Assembly: GCA_964524845.1 (NCBI GenBank)
Contig: CAZGFX010000002.1
Coordinates: 227,428 to 291,427 of the forward strand
Direction: 5' to 3'
Length of the DNA: 64,000 nucleotides
Origin: an uncultured Gammaproteobacteria bacterium
GTDB lineage: Bacteria; Patescibacteriota; Patescibacteriia; CAZGFX01
Shown here: positions 10,032 to 19,489 of the stretch, one piece after another
Layout of the letters: each line of letters begins with the position of its first letter
How positions within the stretch are numbered: the first letter of the stretch is position 1
Translations under genes and position numbers: made by a program
The notes under the pieces: generated by a model
The model's database searches: none
The model's input: only the letters and a program-made list of their open reading frames with translations
What the model was told of the DNA's origin: nothing

Positions 10032-11849
10032 TTATCTCATGATCGAAAAATCACTAAATCCATCTTTGAAATACTCGACCCAGAGTTTCTGCTTTTCAAA
10101 AGACTCACTCTTAAATACTTCCAGTTTTCCTACTTTTACGAGAGATTCTATAAATTTACGATATTGTTCCGGTGTTAAGCCAAATTGATTTGTTTCAATA
10201 GGAGTTGTCGGGAGAGGTTGTGTAGGAATTGGTTGTGGTAGAATAGGTGCCTGGATTTTTTGAGGATCTGTAGGAATAACAGGTGTTTGCCCAAGCAAGT
10301 TAAGAGTCTTGGGATCAATCAGGTTTTTTTCCGGAATAGGAAGCGAGTTGAGTGTTTTTAAACCATCGTTCATTTGATTGATAATTGTTGTTTTTTGATC
10401 TTCTGACAATGGAATCTGTTTAAGTAAATCTTTTACACCCTGTATTTCTTTTACTCCTATTCCCCTATAAAGATTGATTCTTTCAAGTGAACGAGAAAGA
10501 TCGTCGTCACCATTTTTATCTTTTTGCATTTTATTAATGTCTTTTTCGAGATTTATACGCTTCTGTTCGAGATCATAATATTCTTTTGAATCAGCGTTCT
10601 TTCCTTTTATATCAATGTATTTGCGTTTCAATTGATCCATTTCTCTCATTTTCAACTCTCGTTCGTTTAAGTTCATTGGATTTTTCTGAATAAAATCATC
10701 CTGGACCGAATCAATCGCCGCAACATAATCCTTTGTTTTACTTGAATCAAGCGCGAATATGGCTTTTTCATTTCTCTTCACAAACTCATCTATTTTTTCT
10801 CCTACGAACCCTCGTTGGTTTTGATCAAGTGATAATGCACCGGATATTTTTTCTTTCATTGTTGTTTCATACTGTACCATTAGGCTTTTTGACGTCTCAC
10901 TATCTCCTTTTTGTTCCAAAAGTAGCGCTTCGTCAAACCTGCGTCGAGCAAAATCAAGCTCTTTTTCGAGTTTCTTTTCATCGTCTCCTGTAAGAGAAAT
11001 ATCGAGTTTTTCAACGGCTTTTTTTATTCCATACAAAGCAGAATCAGGAAGAATCTTTTCTTTTTCCTGAAGTCGCTTCATCTCCTTCTCTTTCATTTGT
11101 TGTTCGAACTCGCCATCACGATTTTGATTTTGTTGAAACCAATCTGTTTTTTTAACCTCATCGGATATTTTTTCAATAATGATATTCTGTGATACAATAG
11201 GAAGCTCTTTCGGATCGAAACTAACTTGATTATCTTCCGGAACCGAAACTTTCGCCATTCTTTCGGTAATTTTTAATTTTCTTTTCCCAGTCACAGAATC
11301 TTTCTCTATAATTGTTTTTACCGCTTGCACCTCAACAACGTTGTCCGCAACTTGTACATCTGTTTTTCCTTCCTCATCAACGGAAACATCAAGCGCCGTG
11401 CCTCGCACAGTAGCGACGGCCGTTGGTGTCTGAATTGAGAAATCAGAATCTTTGTCTATTAGACGGAGTACTCGCGACCACACCGTTCCTTTTACAACGC
11501 CTATACCAATACGCTGTTCATAAGAACGATCAGTATTATAAAAAAGTGTATCAAGAGAAATTTCTGTATTCTCATCAAGACGACTCGTGCTATTATCAAA
11601 AAAAGAAAGTACGACGAAAGAATCTGAGCCTGTCTTAATCATGTCTCCTGTATGCACTTCGTCACCGACAAAAAGCTGTTTCCAATCAGTCGAATCAGCC
11701 GATTGAATAAGAACACTGCCTTTTGTTTCCATTATTTCGCTTTTCAAAACAGGCTCTTCATCTGAATACGCAAACGTCGTATATGCATAAGCTCCTCCAC
11801 CTCCTATAACAAAAAGAATTATAAGAAGAGTGATAAGTGTTTTTTTCAT
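10032..11849 (-). CDS. FecR-domain protein with coiled-coil/DUF5667-like C-terminal half
   Basis: Track ORF starts at a TTG (11900). First ATG gives MKKTLITLLIILFVIGGGGAYA as signal/TM. FecR-like beta-sandwich motif GDMIKTGSDSFVVLSFFDNSTSRL. Stop is 3 bp from the cyclase start. FecR+CHASE2 cyclase is a known gene pair. Confidence 0.6.
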   Translation of the reverse strand: MKKTLITLLIILFVIGGGGAYAYTTFAYSDEEPVLKSEIMETKGSVLIQSADSTDWKQLFVGDEVHTGDMIKTGSDSFVVLSFFDNSTSRLDENTEISLDTLFYNTDRSYEQRIGIGVVKGTVWSRVLRLIDKDSDFSIQTPTAVATVRGTALDVSVDEEGKTDVQVADNVVEVQAVKTIIEKDSVTGKRKLKITERMAKVSVPEDNQVSFDPKELPIVSQNIIIEKISDEVKKTDWFQQNQNRDGEFEQQMKEKEMKRLQEKEKILPDSALYGIKKAVEKLDISLTGDDEKKLEKELDFARRRFDEALLLEQKGDSETSKSLMVQYETTMKEKISGALSLDQNQRGFVGEKIDEFVKRNEKAIFALDSSKTKDYVAAIDSVQDDFIQKNPMNLNERELKMREMDQLKRKYIDIKGKNADSKEYYDLEQKRINLEKDINKMQKDKNGDDDLSRSLERINLYRGIGVKEIQGVKDLLKQIPLSEDQKTTIINQMNDGLKTLNSLPIPEKNLIDPKTLNLLGQTPVIPTDPQKIQAPILPQPIPTQPLPTTPIETNQFGLTPEQYRKFIESLVKVGKLEVFKSESFEKQKLWVEYFKDGFSDFSIMR

Positions 11850-11998
11850 AATAAAATATTTTATATGCCCATATATTACACCTATTTTTATAAAAAACAA
11901 AAAACCCTCCTAAAAAGGGTTTATAAAATAAGAATGGCGTGCCAACCGTAGCCGACTTGTACTCCGAAGTCAACAGACGAAGGAGTAAGGGCGAAGGT

Positions 11999-12073
11999 TG
12001 GTGGGTCCAGTGGGGGTCGAACCCACGACCAATAGCTTAAAAGGCTACTGCTCTACCACTGAGCTATAGACCC
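11999..12073 (-). tRNA. tRNA-Lys (anticodon UUU), CCA encoded
   Basis: Reverse complement GGGTCTATAGCTCAGTGGTAGAGCAGTAGCCTTTTAAGCTATTGGTCGTGGGTTCGACCCCCACTGGACCCACCA folds as a cloverleaf. Acceptor GGGTCTA/TGGACCC, anticodon loop CTTTTAA, T-loop TTCGACC. Confidence 0.85.
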
Positions 12074-12174
12074 ATGAGTGGTAAATTAGAAAAGACAAAA
12101 CAGATACATATTAGAAGAACTATAAGATCTTGGCAACCCGCCCCGCAGATCGAACGAAAGTGAGATTGTGCGGG

Positions 12175-12201
12175 GAGCTATAGACCCATGAGTGGTAAAT
12201 T
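12175..12201 (-). repeat. 27-bp direct duplicate of tRNA-Lys 5' end (13 nt) plus 14 nt of its upstream flank
   Basis: gagctatagacccatgagtggtaaatt is identical at 12061-12087 and 12175-12201. A 22-nt direct repeat ccgccccgcagatcgaacgaaa occurs at 12138-12159 and 12275-12297. Hairpins ccccgca...tgcgggg and gtcctgag..ctcaggac lie between. Confidence 0.7.
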
Positions 12202-12380
12202 CTAAATGAAACAATACTTAAATTTTCAAAAAACCACAATAGCTCGGTAACCTTGTCCTGAGCTTGTCTCAGGACCGCCCCGCAGATCGAACGAAAAACA
12301 AAAAACCTGTTGTATTATATGTGCTTTTTTTGTTTTTAGCAAGACGTTTTTTCATATTGCTTTAAATGTAATTTTTGGAA

Positions 12381-12410
12381 TAAAAAAAGCCATTTTAAAT
12401 TAAAATGGCT
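12381..12410 (-). terminator. rho-independent terminator downstream of the 12427..13059 gene
   Basis: 10-bp perfect stem agccatttta/taaaatggct with 3-nt loop. U-run on the minus-strand transcript. Confidence 0.5.
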
Positions 12411-12426
12411 AAAAATTTTTATTATA

Positions 12427-13059
12427 CTATACGACCTGTTTTGAACGTTGCAAATATTGCCTTATAGACAATATTAATATCGAGCCGTTTCCAAGTATTC
12501 CATTAATAAATGGATAAGCTAGCTCATAAGCTAAATTTGTGTAATCGCCTTTGAAATCAATAATAATCGAAGCGATTGAAAACACATAAGCTAGAACGGC
12601 CGCTACCCACACAGGAGGGGCTTCTTTTAATCGTCCTGTCCACAAACCTTTTATTGTAGGTATGCTTGCTGCAAACATTATAATCTGTAATACAACATTT
12701 GCTTCTCTTGCCCCAAACAATAACCACAAAATCAGAACTCCTCCAATAAACCACAAAAATTTTCTCTCGTAAGAGTTAAATTTTGCAAACTTCTTTTGTC
12801 TGAATAAATAAATAAACAAAGAAGTTAATAATATCGCAGTGACAACGGCTATTAGAGATTTTCCCCAGTGCACATCTACAATTATTGTATACGTAATTGC
12901 ATTTATTATAAGCCCGACCACCCATATAAACCATGATGTAATACTCGGAATAGATGTCCCACGCCGCGCTTGAAAAAAATACAGTGTATATGTAACAACG
13001 ACCAAACAACTCGCTATAATGCCAAATAAATGACTTAATGTAATGTTTTCAAATAACAT
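12427..13059 (-). CDS. polytopic integral membrane protein of unknown function (~6 TM)
   Basis: Hydrophobic helices throughout. No recognisable catalytic motif. Confidence 0.45.
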   Translation of the reverse strand: MLFENITLSHLFGIIASCLVVVTYTLYFFQARRGTSIPSITSWFIWVVGLIINAITYTIIVDVHWGKSLIAVVTAILLTSLFIYLFRQKKFAKFNSYERKFLWFIGGVLILWLLFGAREANVVLQIIMFAASIPTIKGLWTGRLKEAPPVWVAAVLAYVFSIASIIIDFKGDYTNLAYELAYPFINGILGNGSILILSIRQYLQRSKQVV

Positions 13060-13255
13060 TTCACACTCTCCTTTTTATTTTTTGTTTTTTTATTTATCAT
13101 TAAACGATAGCACTTTTTATATAAAAAGTCAAATATATAAAAGATCTTAGAAACAATACACAAAAAGTGTTCATAATATGAGGAACAACGATGTAAAACA
13201 ACTGCTTTCACCCTATACACTTCCTCTGTTTTTTCATACAATACACCCGAAACAC

Positions 13256-14686
13256 ATGCCTATGTCAGAACAGCAAAAAACACAAGGGCGTATACCCCCT
13301 CAAAATCTCGAAGCGGAACAATCCGTGCTTGGTGCACTTTTGATTGATAAAGAAGCCATACAAAAAATAGAAGGGTCTTTGAATCCTGAAGATTTTTATA
13401 AGGAGGCGCACGGAATTATATTTGATGTCATGCGTTCGCTTTATGAACACAATGAGCCGATCGACGTCCTCTCTGTAAGTAACAAGCTGGCGGAACGCAA
13501 AATGCTCGACAAAGTCGGAGACACACTTTATCTAAAAGAACTCACCACCATAGTACCTACGAGCAGTCACATCGAAACATATTCGAACATCGTCCAAAAG
13601 AAATCAATGCTCCGTAAACTCCTATCCGCATCATATGGTATTGCAGAGCTAGCTGAAGACAGCGACGATGATGTGGTTCGTCTTCTTGATGAGGCCGAAC
13701 AAAAGATATTTGATATTTCAAAAAAACACCTTCGTCAAAACTTCGTCGATATTAATACTGTTCTTTCTACGGCTTTTGATCGAATTGATGAGTTACACAG
13801 AAACAAGGGCAAGCTCACAGGAATCACTACTGGGTTTGTTGAAATAGATCAAATGCTTGGTGGTTTGAATCGATCTGACCTAATCATCCTTGCCGCACGC
13901 CCATCCGTTGGAAAAACAACCCTAGCACTTGATATGGCTCGTCATGCAGCAATTTTCGGCGGCGCGACTGTCGGAATATTCAGTTTGGAAATGGCAAAAG
14001 AGCAACTCACCGATCGCCTTCTCGCCGCAGAAGCAAATATCGAATTATGGAAAATGCGCACCGGAAATCTCGGCAACGATCCGGACGACAATGATTTCGA
14101 GAAATTGAGTAATGCGCTCGACACGCTTTCAAAGACGAAAATATTTATGGATGATTCCGGAAGTGCGAACGTGATGGAGGTCCGCACAAAGGCGCGCCGC
14201 CTTCAATCAAAATACGGGCTAGACATGTTGATAGTCGACTATCTTCAACTTATGGAAGGAAGAAGCCATAGTGATAATAGATATCTTGAAGTAACCGAAA
14301 TTACACGCGGACTAAAACAAATCGCAAAAGAACTTCACATTCCTGTGTTAGCGCTTTCACAGCTATCCCGTACTGTCGAGCAACGAGGTGGTATTGCGAT
14401 CCCACGTCTTTCAGACCTTCGTGAATCAGGATCAATCGAGCAAGATGCTGATGTTGTTATGTTTATCTACCGCAAAAAAATGGACCGCACTCAAGTGTGT
14501 GCACCAGAAGAAGAGCATACGGCCGAAATTCATATAGCAAAACATCGCAATGGGCCAACAGGAAAAATTGATCTATATTTTGACGATAGAAAAACAACAT
14601 TCAGAAACATAGAAAAATACCGCGCTCACGAAGGAGGTTTTGATGCTTCATATATTCCACCAGCTCCTGGATATTCAGGAAACTAA
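13256..14686 (+). CDS. dnaB: replicative DNA helicase DnaB
   Basis: N-terminal PPQNLEAEQSVLGALL motif. Walker A ARPSVGKTT. C-terminal HIAKHRNGPTGKIDLYF. Track ORF starts at 13178; conserved N-terminus begins at ATG 13256/13262. Confidence 0.9.
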   Translation: MPMSEQQKTQGRIPPQNLEAEQSVLGALLIDKEAIQKIEGSLNPEDFYKEAHGIIFDVMRSLYEHNEPIDVLSVSNKLAERKMLDKVGDTLYLKELTTIVPTSSHIETYSNIVQKKSMLRKLLSASYGIAELAEDSDDDVVRLLDEAEQKIFDISKKHLRQNFVDINTVLSTAFDRIDELHRNKGKLTGITTGFVEIDQMLGGLNRSDLIILAARPSVGKTTLALDMARHAAIFGGATVGIFSLEMAKEQLTDRLLAAEANIELWKMRTGNLGNDPDDNDFEKLSNALDTLSKTKIFMDDSGSANVMEVRTKARRLQSKYGLDMLIVDYLQLMEGRSHSDNRYLEVTEITRGLKQIAKELHIPVLALSQLSRTVEQRGGIAIPRLSDLRESGSIEQDADVVMFIYRKKMDRTQVCAPEEEHTAEIHIAKHRNGPTGKIDLYFDDRKTTFRNIEKYRAHEGGFDASYIPPAPGYSGN

Positions 14687-14765
14687 ATATATAAGTTGTT
14701 CGCTTACTACTAATAATTGAAAATGGTATACTAATAACGTTTTTATCATTATATAAATATATTTT

Positions 14766-15065
14766 ATGAGCATGTTCAGTAAACTCAAACAAATCAAAGA
14801 TCTCCGCGAAAAAGCAAAAAAAGTACAGGGGCTTTTGAGCGGAGAAGAGGTCACCGCTTCTGCGCGAGGAATTAGTATAACTATGGATGGTATGCAAAAA
14901 ATAACTCGAGTAGAATTATCGGATGATATGCTTGGAGTTGATCACAAAAAAGACCTCGAAAAATCAATCGCGGAAGCATATAACGACGCTGTCAAAAAAT
15001 TACAAACTGTCGTCGCGAAAAAAATGAAAGAAAGTGGCGATTTTAACTTGCCTGGACTAAGTTAA
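14766..15065 (+). CDS. ybaB: nucleoid-associated protein YbaB/EbfC
   Basis: ~100 aa with a GISITMDGMQKITRVELSDDML core. Immediately precedes recR, the conserved ybaB-recR pair. Confidence 0.85.
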   Translation: MSMFSKLKQIKDLREKAKKVQGLLSGEEVTASARGISITMDGMQKITRVELSDDMLGVDHKKDLEKSIAEAYNDAVKKLQTVVAKKMKESGDFNLPGLS

Positions 15066-15067
15066 TA

Positions 15068-15664
15068 ATGGAAACAGCGATACAGCGACTTGTTGAGCAG
15101 TTCGATAAACTTCCCGGAATCGGCCCGAAAAACGCCGAACGTTTGGCGTATTTTTTTCTTACACTTCCGGATGCGGCTCAACAAGAGTTTATAGCTTCTT
15201 TTACAAAAGCCGCCGGAGAAATCACAACGTGTGATGAGTGTAACAATCTCAGTGAGAAAAATCCTTGTCCGATTTGCACAAACCCCAGAAGAGACAAACA
15301 TATACTTTGTATTGTTCCTGAATACAAAGAGTTATACGCAATCGAACGCACAGGAGAATACAAGGGACTTTATCATATTATAGGAGGTGTCATAGCTCCG
15401 CTTCAAGGAATCACCCCGAAAGATCTGGATATTCATAAAATGATCGAAAGAATAAAAAACGATAAGAATATCACCGAAGTGATATTGGCAATCAACCCAA
15501 ATATCGAGGGAGAAACGACAATGATGTATATTACGGCTCTTCTAAAAGATTTACCCGTAAAAATCACACGACTAGCACGAGGAATACCTGTAGGAAGCGA
15601 GATCGAGTACATAGATGAGATGACCCTCGGCGACGCACTCAAAGAAAGAAGAGCGGTAAAATAA
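15068..15664 (+). CDS. recR: recombination protein RecR
   Basis: HhH motif LPGIGPKNAERLA. Cys4 zinc finger CDECNNLSEKNPCPIC. Toprim region. Confidence 0.9.
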   Translation: METAIQRLVEQFDKLPGIGPKNAERLAYFFLTLPDAAQQEFIASFTKAAGEITTCDECNNLSEKNPCPICTNPRRDKHILCIVPEYKELYAIERTGEYKGLYHIIGGVIAPLQGITPKDLDIHKMIERIKNDKNITEVILAINPNIEGETTMMYITALLKDLPVKITRLARGIPVGSEIEYIDEMTLGDALKERRAVK

Positions 15665-15668
15665 AAAA

Positions 15669-15700
15669 ACAGGCTATGGTTTCCATAACCTGTTTTTGGT
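15669..15700. terminator. bidirectional hairpin terminator between recR (+) and the 15714 gene (-)
   Basis: acaggctatgg/ccataacctgt 11-bp stem (1 mismatch), followed by TTTTT. Confidence 0.5.
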
Positions 15701-15713
15701 TTCTTCTAAAAGT

Positions 15714-16499
15714 TTACAATTTCCAAGGGTGGAGAATGTTATATTTTTTATTTCTTACAACAACATCTGTGGCGTATAACATGTTTTGCAACAAGTCTTT
15801 GTTTTTTTCTACAATATCTTCTTTCTGATAATATTTTGAAGGTACAATTTTTGAATTATCCGTACGAATTGCGAACCACACACGATTGGTGTCATTAAAA
15901 AACACCTCAACATCGACAGTATCCCCTGACTTATAATGTTTTCGTATACCTGGTACACATAAATCCTGATCACTATGAGGTAAAACCTTAATATTTTTAG
16001 TTTTGTTAACAACTTGATAAAAACCCCATCCGTGATCAACTTTTTGATCAAGCATACTATCGGGATATATGAGTCGCGTCAGAACAACAACGTTTTCTCC
16101 AACAACAATGGAATCGTATTCGTTAATAGTGAGTTTTGATCGCTCAATCGTATTACTGTCTTTTCCATAATACGTTCTGGAATATTCCAGGTTTCCTTCC
16201 CACCAAGACGAGCATCTCTGTATCGATAAAACACCTTCTAAAAACGAATGTCTATTCGATATCACAGATGCCTGAACATCATTGTTTTTGTTTTGCAAAA
16301 ACGAACCGCCAAATAACAGAAAAAAAACGGTGAGAACAATAGTAAAAGAAAGTGAAATAATAATAAACTTCTTTACTAATATTGCTTTTCTTTCATTAAA
16401 TTTACCCCTGATAATGTGCACCGTACAAAATGCCATAGCAAAACAAAGAAATATGGCAATAAGTCCCAGTGCGACAGCAAAAATATCTAACTGATTCAT
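15714..16499 (-). CDS. hypothetical membrane protein (2 N-terminal TMs, extracytoplasmic domain)
   Basis: ORF with ATG start. TM helices in the first 70 aa. No known motifs. Confidence 0.45.
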   Translation of the reverse strand: MNQLDIFAVALGLIAIFLCFAMAFCTVHIIRGKFNERKAILVKKFIIISLSFTIVLTVFFLLFGGSFLQNKNNDVQASVISNRHSFLEGVLSIQRCSSWWEGNLEYSRTYYGKDSNTIERSKLTINEYDSIVVGENVVVLTRLIYPDSMLDQKVDHGWGFYQVVNKTKNIKVLPHSDQDLCVPGIRKHYKSGDTVDVEVFFNDTNRVWFAIRTDNSKIVPSKYYQKEDIVEKNKDLLQNMLYATDVVVRNKKYNILHPWKL

Positions 16500-16607
16500 A
16501 CAAACCCCCTTTTTAAGTTATTTTAAGTTATTTAGGAAATTAAGTTTATTTTTCTTATTAAACCATTGATTATATATGAACAATCAATGGCTTTAAAGCA
16601 AAATAAT

Positions 16608-17486
16608 TTATTTATTTTGTTGTTTTTGTTTCCGCATGTTATGAGCTACGCCCGATAACATTACATACCGCCCAAAACCGCCTGTAACCTCATCAACCAT
16701 GGCAATAAGTATATCGTCACCATCTACAACAACTCGGTCAGTAACCTTCATTGAAAACAAGGCTCCGAGTTGTTGACCATTAAAAACCTGTGTTTTACAC
16801 TTATGATCTTTTGAAAATCCGTAATCCACGAATTTTTCATAAAAATCTTTTTTTAATTTATTGTCTTTCATAAAAGACAACAAGTTATCGATGAATTCTT
16901 CTCCGGTTTTTTTCATCTTTTCATTGATGGTTCCGATACCACACAAAGATGCTACATATGCCGCAACATCGTTAGCGTCTGAAAAAATAATATTTGACCC
17001 GAAATCACCACTCGATCCCGAAAAAGAAACTTTTTCGTGCTCATCAATACATAAATGTCCCCCTACGAAAATGAACGGAACCAGATTTTCTTCCTCGTTC
17101 ATTGTAAATATTGGTAATTTTTTGTTATCAATTACCGGCCAGTTCATTCTTTCGATATGATCCTTAACTATCTCTTTATGATATCCTTTGTCCAGACTAA
17201 TAAGATCAATGGTTGCCATGTCACCGAAAGAATAAAACCGAATTCCAATAACATATTTTTGATCCTCTTTTGCACGATCGCTTTTTTCGATATACGAACG
17301 CACAACAATCATGGCTGTAGTAAATTTGTCGTGAAAAAGATTTCCATTTGGATTGCCATCGATCTCAATCGCAAAATTCAATAAACCAGTTTTTTCATCG
17401 TATGCTTTCATAAATGAATCAATTGGCCACGATGCAATTAAGGATTTGGTTTGTAAAATTTCTTTGTTAAAAATACAATCTCTCAT
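16608..17486 (-). CDS. hypothetical protein (292 aa, no recognisable domain)
   Basis: Clean ORF with ATG start, predicted soluble. No motif I recognise. Confidence 0.4.
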   Translation of the reverse strand: MRDCIFNKEILQTKSLIASWPIDSFMKAYDEKTGLLNFAIEIDGNPNGNLFHDKFTTAMIVVRSYIEKSDRAKEDQKYVIGIRFYSFGDMATIDLISLDKGYHKEIVKDHIERMNWPVIDNKKLPIFTMNEEENLVPFIFVGGHLCIDEHEKVSFSGSSGDFGSNIIFSDANDVAAYVASLCGIGTINEKMKKTGEEFIDNLLSFMKDNKLKKDFYEKFVDYGFSKDHKCKTQVFNGQQLGALFSMKVTDRVVVDGDDILIAMVDEVTGGFGRYVMLSGVAHNMRKQKQQNK

Positions 17487-17549
17487 AAAAAACCTTTCTT
17501 TTTGTTTTGTTTTATTTTTATAAACCGTTTTTTATCATAATACGATACC

Positions 17550-17578
17550 ATGAAAAAAGCACTATTGCAATAGTGCTG
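17550..17578 (-). terminator. rho-independent terminator ending the liv operon
   Basis: Perfect palindrome gcactattgcaatagtgc followed by a U-run on the minus transcript, 30 bp past the livF stop. Confidence 0.55.
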
Positions 17579-17607
17579 AAGGCTGGTAATTAAGCCAAAA
17601 AACGTGT

Positions 17608-18327
17608 TTACAACTTTCCAAGGAAAACTCGCTCAAAAATATCTCCGTGCAAAACCTTATCCCCAGGTCCTTCAGTAACAACACGACCCTTGTCTAGAAT
17701 ATATGCCCTATCAACAACAGACAAGAGAGACTTAATATTGTGTTCAACAATCATAATTGCCGTATTGTGTCGTTCGTTTATTTCTTTTATTTTTTCAAAA
17801 ATTTCTTTCACAATCTTCGGAGCAAGACCAAGTGTCGGTTCATCAAGCAAAAGAACTTTCGGATCGCTCATAAGTCCGCGAGCAAGCGCAACCATTTGTT
17901 GTTGTCCTCCCGAAAGCGTTCCTGATGATTGTTTCAGTCTTGATTTTAATATTGGAAACAACTCCATAACTTCTTCAAACTTAATATCCGCGCCTCTTTT
18001 GTCATGAAGTACGAAACCACCTAATTCTATATTTTCTCGAACCGAAAGTGATGGAAAAACCCTTCTCCCCTGCGGTACAAAAGAGATCCCCAAGCGTACC
18101 ATATGATGAGGAATCGGATCAATCTGCTTTTCGTGCCAAAATACTTTTCCTGAATCGATCGGAGCAATTCCAAAAACAGCTTTCAAAATTGTACTTTTCC
18201 CAGCGCCATTAGGACCCATGACAGCAACGATCTCTCCTTCGTCAATAGCAACACTAGCACCATCAAGCGCCTTAACTCCTCCGTAATGTACGGAAATATC
18301 TTTTAGCTGTAATAATGTTTCTTTCAT
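17608..18327 (-). CDS. livF: branched-chain amino acid ABC transporter ATP-binding protein (LivF-type)
   Basis: Walker A GPNGAGKST. ABC signature LSGGQQQ. Walker B LLLDEP. Confidence 0.85.
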   Translation of the reverse strand: MKETLLQLKDISVHYGGVKALDGASVAIDEGEIVAVMGPNGAGKSTILKAVFGIAPIDSGKVFWHEKQIDPIPHHMVRLGISFVPQGRRVFPSLSVRENIELGGFVLHDKRGADIKFEEVMELFPILKSRLKQSSGTLSGGQQQMVALARGLMSDPKVLLLDEPTLGLAPKIVKEIFEKIKEINERHNTAIMIVEHNIKSLLSVVDRAYILDKGRVVTEGPGDKVLHGDIFERVFLGKL

Positions 18328-18389
18328 TTACCCTGTGAAATAAAATTTTTTATTATCGTTCGAACTTGTTTATTGTGTCACCACGAATG

Positions 18390-18606
18390 AATATTATCAT
18401 CATAAGCTTACATTGTCATCCTGAACAATGTCATCCTGAACTAACTTTGTCATCCTGAACTAACTTTGTCATCCTGAACTCGTTTCAGGATCTATGTATC
18501 TGTTTCAGGATCTACCTTGATACATTGTATTTTAGTAAAATTTATTTCTCATATTATCAAAAGTTACACGGTAGATTCTGAAACGAGTTCAGAATGACAG
18601 TGTTGT
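18390..18606. repeat. MITE-like element copy A (repeat family 1)
   Basis: Tandem caatgtcatcctgaa units. Core flanked by TIRs gtcatcctgaactcgtttcag ... ctgaaacgagttcagaatgac. Near-identical core at 26110-26285 and 61231-61432. Confidence 0.6.
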
Positions 18607-18646
18607 ATAATTCGCAATTTGTAATTCGCAATCCGTAATTCAACAC

Positions 18647-19378
18647 CTACTCCCCCAAATATGCCTCGATGACACTTCTTTTCTTAAGCACGTCTTCCGC
18701 TTCACCTTCCGCAAGAAGTTGTCCGCTATCCATCACAATAACATGATCCGAAAGTTCTCTGATAATGTCCATATTATGCTCTATCAGAACGACCGTCTTA
18801 CCATGAGAACGCAATTCCTTGATGACAGTAACTATAATTTTTCTCATTTCCGGAAAAAGACCAGCGAATGGTTCGTCGAGAAGATAAATTTCAGCTTGTA
18901 CAGCAAGCGCTCTCGCGATCTCTAGGAGTTTTCTTTGTCCATAAGACAACTCACGTCCCAGCGCTGTTCTTTTTTCCCAAAGACCAACTTTTTTTAAAAG
19001 TTCCTCTGCACGTCCGAGATGAAACTTGCTGTGTGTTTCAAACAAACTATTAAAAACATTTCTGTCCGTAAGCACCACAAGAAGATTATCGAGCACGGTC
19101 ATTTGTTCGAAAAGTCTCACCTCTTGAAACGTGCGTGTTATTCCATATAAAAATGAATCGTGTGGTTTTATCTTCTTTAAACACGCACTGTCAATACAAA
19201 TCGTACCGCCGTCAAACTGAAGCATACCACTCAGTACGTTTGTAAGAGTTGTTTTTCCTGATCCGTTTGGTCCTATGACGCTTGTTACCTTCCCTTGTTC
19301 TATCTCAATCGAAAGGTCATCTACCGCCCGAATTCCATTGAATCGTTTTGTCAGATTTGCTGTTTTAAGGACGTGCAT
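18647..19378 (-). CDS. livG: branched-chain amino acid ABC transporter ATP-binding protein (LivG-type)
   Basis: Walker A GPNGSGKTT. Signature LSYGQRK. Walker B YLLDEP. Confidence 0.85.
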   Translation of the reverse strand: MHVLKTANLTKRFNGIRAVDDLSIEIEQGKVTSVIGPNGSGKTTLTNVLSGMLQFDGGTICIDSACLKKIKPHDSFLYGITRTFQEVRLFEQMTVLDNLLVVLTDRNVFNSLFETHSKFHLGRAEELLKKVGLWEKRTALGRELSYGQRKLLEIARALAVQAEIYLLDEPFAGLFPEMRKIIVTVIKELRSHGKTVVLIEHNMDIIRELSDHVIVMDSGQLLAEGEAEDVLKKRSVIEAYLGE

Positions 19379-19489
19379 ATGAGTATTGTACTGATTTTAG
19401 GAATTAAAAGCAATGTTTTTGGCTTTGTTCTATATGTTTTATACAAAATAAAAAGACACCATGTAAATTAACACGATGTCTTATTAAAC

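Noticed and set aside
12100-12190. Second complete tRNA gene
   Set aside because: Only the first 13 nt of tRNA-Lys are duplicated. The rest does not fold as D, anticodon or T arms.
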